Below, one piece after another: positions 10,484-19,198 of a stretch of 21,459 bases of DNA. Every line of letters starts with the position of its first letter. Within the stretch, counting starts at the first letter, position 1. The notes under the pieces were generated by a model, which saw nothing but the letters and a program-made list of their open reading frames with translations, was not told the DNA's origin and did not search any database. Origin of the DNA: Selaginella moellendorffii (taxonomy: Eukaryota; Plantae; Lycopodiophyta); assembly GCF_000143415.4 (NCBI RefSeq), contig NW_003314337.1, positions 282,439-303,897 on the forward strand, written 5' to 3'. The position numbers and the translations under genes are program-made.

Positions 10484-10933
10484 AATATTCTCAAAAGGAT
10501 ATTAATAATCTTTACTATATAAAGAATCTATCTTTTTAAACTCTTCAAGTGTTTTCTTTGTTATATGCATAATCACCTATAAGATAGAAAACAAAAGCAC
10601 ATTATTAAAATATTATTTAAATATAAAAATATTAATAGAAAAAAATTTATTTTACTATATTTTAAAGAAAATAACTATAAATTTTATAGATTTTTATTGA
10701 AAATATATATATTTTACTTTTAACAGTGTTTTAGGGGTATTTCTATGATTTAAAAATAAAACATACATAAATATTTTTATTATTTATTTTTTATAAATAT
10801 TTTTCTTGCTGTGAAAAAGTTAATATTTTAATAATTATACTTTTTCATCTTAAAAATTTAGTCTGATTCATTAATATTAAATTCTTTAAACTTTAAATAA
10901 AGTAATCTATCTTTTTTATTAAATAATTCATAT

Positions 10934-11108
10934 TATGAGATGCAAGTGTACAGCTACAATGCCGTATACTAATATTAGCATAATGGGATTTTAGTAGCGA
11001 TTGGATTAGTTTCAATCCAGATCATTTGCTCCTGTTATAAACTAGGGTTTTCGGGTTAATTGATATGCATAATTTTTTTGTTCCCTTTCCATATTCCATG
11101 CACTCACA
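10934..11108 (+). repeat. 5' LTR of gypsy copy B
   Basis: TATGAG (TG mutated to TA)...CACTCACA; TATAAA at 11036-11041; followed by PBS TGGTAGATATGAAGGG (11110-11125). Confidence 0.9.
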
Positions 11109-11341
11109 TTGGTAGATATGAAGGGCACTTTTCATTGTCCTTGATGAGTGTTTGGATTTAGGATTTTGGTTTAAATCTAGCTTTTGCATTGTCTAGATTT
11201 AATTTTTTTTTCATTTCCTTTCTTTTGTTCTTTCTTTTAAGATTTTGGTTTAAATTTAGCTTTTCGATTGTCTAGATCTCCCTTTCCTTCTAGTTTTTTT
11301 CTCATTTCTCTTCTTTTCTTTTTTCCTTTTCATTCATCTTC

Positions 11342-12278
11342 ATGGCAGAGTAGTAGTCTCTTCCTCCTTTGACTCTAGAGAAAATAGTTGGTGCAATTGC
11401 TTGATGCTATGCGATTGCAATTGAATAACCAAATTTAATTGATGGTGGCATTCATGACACGTGGTACAGCTCCTCCTGCTCTTGGTGCCAATCCTCGCAT
11501 TCAGCCAGAATTCTTTCGTGGGAATCCTAGGGATAATGTGTATCATTGGTTGAATCACTTCACGGTGATTACCATATATCATTTTTGGGATAATGCTTGA
11601 CACTTGCATGAGTTTCCCATGTGTCTCCAAAGGATGGTGTTGCAATGGTACAATGGTTTGAGCACATCCACTTATGGGCATTAGAGTATTCTCCCGAACA
11701 TCTTTAAACACACATTTAGACATACCAATGATTATGATGATGCCTTCCAACAATTGCATCGTCTTCGTTAAGGGCCATTTGAGTCGGTGATGCAATTTGG
11801 CATCTATTTCCAAAGCTTTTTGCTTCGTGTGGAGCCAAATATGTCAGAGCGGATCAAACTAAGAATATTATGACCAGCACTTCATCAAGATTTTGTTGGA
11901 CTTGTGTTTACACTTGCTCTAGCCACCCTTGATGATGCTCTTCGCTTAGCACAATATTATGAGACATCCTCTTCCACTTTTCGCTGCACATCATTTTGCT
12001 CCACTTCTTGTGGGTGATGGTCTTGTTTTAATAGAAGTTGATGCTACTGCTGCTTGAGTCCAATGACAAGGGCAAGACATGGTCGTAATTGTGATGTTTA
12101 TTGTTGGGTATGTGATGATGTTGGTCACACTTATCAGTGTTGTCAACATTTTTCAGATTGGTGACCTCCATTTCTAGGGTGGAGACTTTACCATCAACAA
12201 TATCCTATTGGTGCTGATACAGTGGAAGGTCTAGACACAAAGATGTATTTGGGAAACAAAGAGTCATGCAAGTAATAG
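11342..12278 (+). pseudogene. gag: Gag remnant with CCHC zinc knuckle
   Basis: Colinear with copy A gag; CWVCDDVGHTYQCC (Cx2Cx4Hx4C) at 12102-12143; many stops. Confidence 0.9.
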
Positions 12279-12319
12279 GACTTTGAGTGAATAAGTCAAT
12301 GACCCCTCTACCTTTCTAT

Positions 12320-15150
12320 ATTGTAGTGGTTGACTGGCTCATGAAAGAGTATGCCAATCTCTTTGAATGTGATATATTGCCTAGGGCCAAGATTGCCACA
12401 TGTCATCCAATTCCAACTGGGGATGTTTGTCTAATCAAGGTTTCTATTTGTTGTCAGTCATCTAAAGAGATCAAGATTTTATGTGCAAATGTCAATGAGG
12501 TGTTGGAAAAAGGTGTTATTCAAAAGTCATAGAATCCTTGGACATATGAACCACATCTTGTGATGAAGCCTGATGGGAGTATTCATTTCTACATTAACTA
12601 TCGTCCATTAAACAAAGTGATAATCCCATGTGTACCCTCTTCCTCACACTACTGATCTCTTGGATCATCTGAGGAGAAGTCGTTGATTCACCAAACTAGA
12701 TCTTGCTTCTGGATATTGGTAAGTACTAATAGTTGAAGAAGATATTTTTAAGACTACTTTTTGTACACCGTTTGGTTTATACGAGTTCTTGGTGATGCCG
12801 TTTGGTTTGAATAATGCCCTAGCAACTTTCCAGTGGATGATGGACAAAGTTCTTTGTGATATGTCGGAAGTGACTACTGACTTCATTGATGATGTCTTGA
12901 TCCACTCGAAAGGGGCATGGGAGGAACACGTCCGTGATGTTTGTAAAGTGTTGGATCAGCTACAAAAAGTTGGTTTAAAGTTGAAGTAGTTAAAGTGCGT
13001 GTTTGGGTCTAAGGACACAACTTATTTTGGGTATTATATTTCTTGTGAGGGTTTGCAAGTTAATCCTGATAAACTTATGGCTATTTTAAAGTTCTCTATT
13101 CCGAAGTGTGTGAATAATGTGCAGTGCTTTCTAGGCAAGGTGCAGTATCTTGGACATTTTGTGGATCATCTTTTTGATTGCACTGCACCATTACTAGCGT
13201 TGGTAAAGTCATCAAAGTCATCTTTCATCTAGTCTTTAGATTATGAGCAGGCGTTCATGGATTTTAAAGAATTATTAACGATTCCTCCGGTTTTAGCATA
13301 TCTTGACTACACTCAACCTTTTATTTTGTGCATGGATGTTTTTGATATTGGTCTTGGAGGTGTGTTGATGCAAGAGAGCCTGAGTGTGTTTGGTCAGCAC
13401 CATCCCATTGTGTATATAAACTATATATTATAACTAACGAAGGTGAACTACTCCATGATAGAGAAGGAGTGTTTAGTAATAGTATAGGGTTTCGAGAAAC
13501 TTCATGCATATCTACATGTTTCTCAGATGTTACTAGAAGGTGATCATATTGCCATTACTTCATTATTGAAGTGGGCTTTGAAGCTTTAGATATATGATTT
13601 TGATGTTATTCATCGCCTAGGGAGTTTTATGGTTGATGCTAATGCCCTTTCTCGAGCTCCTCTTCCTTCTTTACTCTTTTATCATGTTTCTGATGAGCTT
13701 GTTGTTCTAGCATCTGTGGATTTTTTCGACAAGGATTTTATGCAGTTGGTAGTTGCTATATTTGATGTTCAGTATCCACAAGGTATAGAGCAAAATCTAT
13801 TTTCTCTTGATGAGGTTCGTGAGGCTCAAAAGATTGAGCCATGAATTTGAAGGCTTTAAGATGAGTTTGAGAATCCTACATCACTTGTTAATGACTGTAG
13901 TACACCTTATCTCTCTCCCCTTAAGCCAACTGGAAAAGGGGCAATTGCTTGATGAGAGAGCCCTTAGTGGCTATTTTATCCCCATTTATCTCCCAAGGTT
14001 CCAAGGATCCATAGTGATAGTATATCCAAATCTCATCCTATGATCACATGTGCTACAATGACTTACCATTCCGGCATTTACATTCTCAATATCACTTTAA
14101 AGATGGCCTTCTTTATTTTGTGAAGAGGGTTCCTAATGATTCTTTATGGTTAGTGGTGCCTTCCATCTTTATTCTGTGATTTCTCCATGCCTACCATGAT
14201 TCTCTTGTTTTATGCGAGCATATGGGACATTGTTGTGTGACCGAGAAACTGTGCAGATGTTTTTATTGGCTAGAGAGGCAACGTAATATTATTCAGTATG
14301 TGCATAACTCCGTTTGGTGCCAAACTCATAATACTCCCCTTCGTGCTACAAAAGGACAGTTGAAGTCAATTGTAATTTCCCATTCGTTTGAGTTGGTGTT
14401 GTTTGATCTTTTAAGACCTTTTCCATGATTAACTGCTGACAATGAATATATTATTATTACTTCTAACTATTTGACTCGTTAGGTGGAAGTTGGTGTTTTT
14501 GCTAGTGCCTTTGCAACTACTATTGGATACTTACTTCTCAATCAAGTGGTGTTCCAGCATTCTTGTCTAGAGCAGATTCTTTCAAATAATGGTCTTACAT
14601 TTATGGCTGAGGCATTTCATATTTTGATGTCTCAGTATGATTGCGAAATACATAAACTTTTAGCATTCGGATTGGGATGGTTATTTGCCGTTTCTTTGGT
14701 ATGCATATGTCACAAAGGTGCAAATTTTTGTTAGTGCTTCACCATATAAATTCTTATATGGTCATGATCCAATATTATCAATGGAGTTGGGTTTACCTTC
14801 ATGGTTACTATAAGCTACTAATGCTAGGTCATGGGATCAGTATTTAATGAGCATTCTTCCATTTGTTCGAGCAGAGTCTGTTAAACACTTAGGCCGCATA
14901 CAAGTGGGACAACAATGGCGTACTCCCATCATTATCCAGCTATGAAGTACAAAGTGGATTACTTGGTGTTAGTTTGTTTTTCCTATCTTACGGTACATAG
15001 TTTATCTAAGGGGCTTTTTGCTTAGTGGAAAGGATCGTATCGGGTGTTGTGGCAAGTTAGACCACAAGTTTATGAGGTTCAATATGGCCGATCCTCTAGA
15101 AATTGTGCATGTGCAACGATTGAAATGCTTCATACAAAGGGATCAAGAAT
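12320..15150 (+). pseudogene. pol: Pol remnant: RT, RNase H, integrase with GPY/F; protease deleted
   Basis: VMPFGLNNALATFQ, DFIDDVLIHS, RNase H (FILCMDVFDIGLGGVLMQ; NYSMIEKECL; DANALSR), integrase (FELVLFDLLRPFP), WKGSYRVL..VHVQRLK; no chromodomain seen. Confidence 0.93.
13896..14057 (-). mobile_element. 162-bp solo LTR inserted in pol of copy B
   Basis: TGTAGTACA...TGTGCTACA termini (8/9 inverted repeat); TSD ATGAC at 13891-13895 and 14058-14062; copy A shows the empty site (about 7460-7465). Strand is inferred from similarity to the Cassandra LTR. Confidence 0.9.
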
Positions 15151-15244
15151 AGTTAATACCACTTAGAGATCTACCGATGCCTCCTTTTGATGTTCCTCTA
15201 GATCCCAGCCTATCTACAAGAGAATTCTGATGGTCTAATTATTT

Positions 15245-15260
15245 GGAGAGGAGGGGATGA
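15245..15260 (+). promoter_or_regulatory. Polypurine tract of copy B
   Basis: GGAGAGGAGGGGATGA immediately before the 3' LTR. Confidence 0.9.
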
Positions 15261-15436
15261 TGTGAGGTCCAAATGTACAGTTACAATGCCGTATACTAAT
15301 ATTAGTGTAATGGGATTTTAGTAACCATTGGATTGGTTTTAATCCAGACCAGTCGCTCTTGTATATAAATTAAGGTTTTTGGGCTAATTAATATGCATAT
15401 TTTTTGTATTCCCCTTCCATATTCCATGCATTCATT
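15261..15436 (+). repeat. 3' LTR of gypsy copy B
   Basis: TGTGAGG start; aligns end to end with 10934-11108; right end uncertain by 2 bp. Confidence 0.9.
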
Positions 15437-15700
15437 ATACAACTATTACCTTTAATATGAAATATTGTATATAATCCTATTTAATTAGTCTATATATACA
15501 AGAAACATAGCAAGAAACACACAACATTCATTAATATAAATAAAATACTAGAATCTTAATTTCAAAAGACTTCTTTTTATGAATGAAATGAAATTTCACA
15601 AAAACAATATATATTCTTCCACTCCCTTATTCACTCTTGTATTTTGTTACTAAGGAGTTTATTATTTTTATATTAGTGAATTTTCTAAATGAAAATGCAG

Positions 15701-15807
15701 AAAAAAATTTCAAAATTCCCATAGAAGAAATCCAACTGAACACAAGGATTAGCAATAAAAGCATAGGAGCTGCACTATATAACAGTTGTGATGAAATGAA
15801 AAACCAA
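15701..15807 (+). other. Candidate host-gene exon (unknown product)
   Basis: TGCAG| acceptor and |GTATTA donor; open frame KNFKIPIEEIQLNTRISNKSIGAALYNSCDEMKNQ; no homology recognised. Confidence 0.25.
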
Positions 15808-16716
15808 GTATTAAATAAAAATATTTTATTTTTCATAAATATTTCATATTGTTCATTGTCTAATTAGTTTAATGAAAGGATACAATTAAAATATATATTG
15901 AAATAAATCCTGAGTTTTTAATTTGACAAAATTTCTTGTGATCATCAGAATCCATCCTTATTTTATTTATTTTCTAGGAGTTGGTTTTCACACTTGAAAA
16001 TATTTTTTTAGTAATAAAAATGAAGAAAATAAATTAAATTTTAACCATTTTAACCACCTTCACAATGAAAAAAAATGAATAACTATGCAAAGCAAACACA
16101 TATGTAAGAATAATATATCCTTATTTATCCCATTAAATTCTTCTAAATTTAAACATACTCTGATGAGATTGTTTTTAAATTTAATTTAGATATAAATTGT
16201 TGTGTAAATGGATGCTAGCATTTTATGTTCCTAATGCATAACATTAAACAAAATAAAACTATATTAACTTTATTTGTCCATCTAATTTATTAATTGAGAA
16301 TGTATAGTATAAATAATTAAAGAAAGTTTCATTGTTTTACATGAGTGGTTCTATGATTATAGCAATTTATATAAATTTAAAACTTCTGGGATTTAAAAAG
16401 TTTTAAAGGAATTATATTTATCTGTTTTTTAAATAAAAATTATATCATTAGACTAACTTGTTAAAAACAAAAGCAATCACATCAAATACAAAAAGTATAT
16501 AAATACTTTTTAATTTCTAATTAAAACTTGTCAAACACTACTAAATCTAATAATAAAGTGTTTTAAATATAAAATCTGATGAAGAAACAATTACTATTGC
16601 ATAACTGGTTTTAGAGTCAATTGTTGATAGAATATATTCTTTTGTTGTTTTTTAAACTTCAAAAATGAAGTTACTGTAAGGTCTGTAACTATACTATAGC
16701 CTGACAAGTTAGGTTA

Positions 16717-16830
16717 AGCAGGATGGGGGGACAACAAGGAGATGATATGGCTCACAATCTCAAAAAATTTATAACTACCATACCACAAGCCCTTAAGGTA
16801 TTCATCTGCTTGCTGTCCCCTCGTCCTGCT
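16717..16830. repeat. Foldback: 29-bp inverted repeat with 56-bp spacer (MITE-like or pre-miRNA-like)
   Basis: AGCAGGATGGGGGGACAACAAGGAGATGA (16717-16745) vs the reverse complement of 16802-16830: 25/29 identical. Confidence 0.85.
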
Positions 16831-17065
16831 ATAGTTTTTTGCCAAAAGGATTATATAGAAAACTATAAATGAAAATGAGGTCTATAAAGAAAAGTTTAAT
16901 GTTGAAGAACTTTGATAATAAAAAACTTACCTCTAGATTGATTCTCAATTTTCCCAAATAAGGCAATATGTAAGACTCTTACACTTGAATAGTTTGATGC
17001 TATACCAAATAGGCTTTAGAATAATGAAGACATCGTCAACTAACTCTCATAAAGAATATCATTGA

Positions 17066-17165
17066 NNNNNNNNNNNNNNNNNNNNNNNNNNNNNNNNNNN
17101 NNNNNNNNNNNNNNNNNNNNNNNNNNNNNNNNNNNNNNNNNNNNNNNNNNNNNNNNNNNNNNNNN
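17066..17165. other. Assembly gap (100 N)
   Basis: N run. Confidence 1.
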
Positions 17166-17312
17166 TCCATATTTAGTCAGTTTTCGTGATTGTCTTATAT
17201 TTTTTAGGATTGAGGTGAAAACCCAAAGCATGTGTTCTTCACACGGGATGGGGGGGAGGGGTTTCAAATGTATAGTAAAATAGTGGATAGGTTGAGCATA
17301 GTTGATTGGCTC

Positions 17313-17616
17313 CTATTAGTCTTGGCATTGGCATGCTAAAAGTTCTAGGATTTTTCCAGGCAACTCCATGCTCCTATCCTTACACTCTTAGGGTTGTATA
17401 CCCAAGAGTCATTCTATGCTTTACTTCTTTTGTTGGCTTCATGTTTAAGAGTTTGGCTCCATCTTTTTGTTTAGTGGCTCAAGGCTTTGAAACTTGTGTT
17501 CCTCTTCACTACCCTTAGATATATGGTATATGGCATGTGAAGGGTTAAGGTTTTGTGCAATGGTTATTTTATGGTAAACCACTATAAGGTAAAGGGTGAA
17601 AACTACATGCATTATA
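17313..17616 (+). repeat. Old ~300-bp dispersed repeat, copy 1 (possible LTR relic)
   Basis: Colinear blocks shared with 19859-20144: GTCTTG..ATTGG, TCTAGGATT, ATTCTATG, GCTCAAG, TACCCTT, TGGTTATTTTAT.GTAAA, GGTAAAG.GTGAAAAC. Confidence 0.7.
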
Positions 17617-17640
17617 ACAGTCTATTTTTTAATTGCTATA

Positions 17641-18019
17641 ACATATATATATATATACATATATACATACATATATACATACATATATACATACATATAT
17701 ATATACATATATATATACATACATATATATATACATATATGTATGTATATATGTATATGTATATGTATACATATATGTATGTATATATGTATGTATATAT
17801 GTATGTATATATGTATATATGTATGTATATATATATGTATGTATATATATGTATATATGTATGTATATATGTATATATATATATGTATGTATGTATGTAT
17901 ATATGTATGTATATATGTATGTATATATGTATGTATGTATATATGTATGTATATATGTATGTATGTATATATGTATGTATATATATATGTGTATGTATGT
18001 ATGTATATATATATGTATG

Positions 18020-18053
<34 letters not shown>

Positions 18054-18054
18054 T
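17641..18054. repeat. Compound (AT)n/(ATAC)n/(ATGT)n microsatellite
   Basis: Read directly; ATAC-type up to about 17737, ATGT-type afterwards. Confidence 0.98.
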
Positions 18055-18524
18055 TACCTCTCTTTTTTACCTTTTACCCTTTCCCAATATTTTATTATTT
18101 TTCAGCCTAAGCTACCTTCTTCTGTTCCTAGTGTTTACTCCTTATTTACAGTGTTTCCTTCTTTTAGCATATTGATCATTTATAACTCTTATGATTCTCA
18201 TTCTCAGTCTAGTGTTTTTTGTCCTCCTCATTCAAATCTAGATGTTGAGAATATATGTGATGTTGAGAGTCTTGCTTTTGTTTTGTTAGTACAGTCTTTG
18301 ATCAGTTCTAATATTGAGTATTTTCTTGTTGGCCCTTTTAGATATTGTTTTTTATTATCACGACAGTAAAAGATTGGTATTATTGAACCCTTTATTAGTC
18401 CCTCTTGTTCAAGTGTTAGTAAATTGGACTTAGCATCTATATTGGCCATATGAGGGGGTTCCAAATATATAGTAAGAATAGTGGGTATGTTAGGCATGGC
18501 TGACCAACCTAAGATATAATTTAG

Positions 18525-19133
18525 TGTAAACAACCAAAGAGAACGACTTGAGAAACGATCCATGGGGTTCAAATATAGAGGGAAAGGGCCCATGAACAAG
18601 AGTGCACCCCCTTTTCCAATCGATTAAGGGTCTTGGGATATTTGGGTTAAGCGTCCTTGGGTTTGAATAGTGTTGGGCTGGGTGACCTCCCGGAAGTCCA
18701 AATTCAAGAGCTTACATTTGGTATCGAAGCTTACATTTGGTATCAGAGCGGTCTCGGGTCCGACTCTGTTGATTGGCTAGGGGAATCACACCACATGTTG
18801 ATTGACATCTGGCTGGTCCAGTTTGCTCCCACTGGGCTCGACCCGAGGGGTAGGGTGTCAAGAGAGCGGGGCTCTCGAGAGAGCTGCGGCTCTCAGCTTC
18901 CGTTCATGAGGGCGTGAACTTGCAAGGAAGCGTGGTGGATTGTAAGCAACCAAAGAGAACGACTTGAGAAACGATCCATGGGGTTCAAATATAGAGGGAA
19001 AGGGCCCATGAACAAGAGTGCACCCCCTTTTCCAATCGGTTAAAGGTCTTGGGATATTTGGATTAAGCGTCCTTGGGTTTGAATAGTACTGGGCTGGGTG
19101 ACCTCCTGGGAAGTCTAAACTTAGGAGCTTACA
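18525..19133 (+). mobile_element. Cassandra TRIM (non-autonomous LTR retrotransposon with 5S rRNA-derived LTR segment), complete
   Basis: LTRs 18525-18716 and 18941-19133 (TGTAA...TTACA); PBS TGGTATCAGAGC (tRNA-iMet) at 18738-18749; PPT before 18941; TSD TTTAG on both sides; no coding capacity. Confidence 0.96.
18646..18699 (+). promoter_or_regulatory. 5S rRNA-derived Pol III internal promoter segment (A box, IE, C box) in the Cassandra LTR; further copies at 19062-19115 (+), 19216-19270 (-), 19600-19654 (-)
   Basis: Consensus GTTAAGCGTCCTTGGGTTTGAATAGTACTGGGCTGGGTGACCTCCCGGGAAGTCC matches the 3' half of plant 5S rRNA. Confidence 0.92.
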
Positions 19134-19198
19134 TTTAGCTCCCCACTTGTGTGTTTGTTTTTATTTTGCATTTGGCTAGCTCAAGCTCTATACCATAC

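Larger units (their letters stand above)
10934..15436 (+). mobile_element. Degenerate Ty3/gypsy LTR retrotransposon, copy B, with both LTRs
   Basis: Two ~176-bp LTRs (about 84% identical by hand count), PBS, PPT, gag-RT-RNaseH-integrase remnants; TSD not clearly preserved. Confidence 0.95.

Noticed and set aside
15435-15441. TSD for gypsy copy B (CATAT left vs TATAC/ATACA right)
   Set aside because: Needs at least two mismatches and the LTR end is ambiguous; not supportable.
16570-16615. Hammerhead ribozyme core (CTGATGA-A-GAAAC)
   Set aside because: No helix II, the cleavage triplet is GCA rather than NUH, and helix I is unconvincing.
17553-18369. Y/I/M/C/V-rich ORFs
   Set aside because: Translations of the AT/ATGT microsatellite.
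18603-18615. TGCACCCCCTTTT resembling a 5S rRNA 3' end plus Pol III terminator
   Set aside because: Lies upstream of the 5S segment, is short, and the CCCCTTTTCCA core also occurs in the 5S-less solo LTR.
18646-18699. 5S rRNA gene
   Set aside because: Only about 55 nt of the 3' half, embedded in LTRs; the 5' half is absent.
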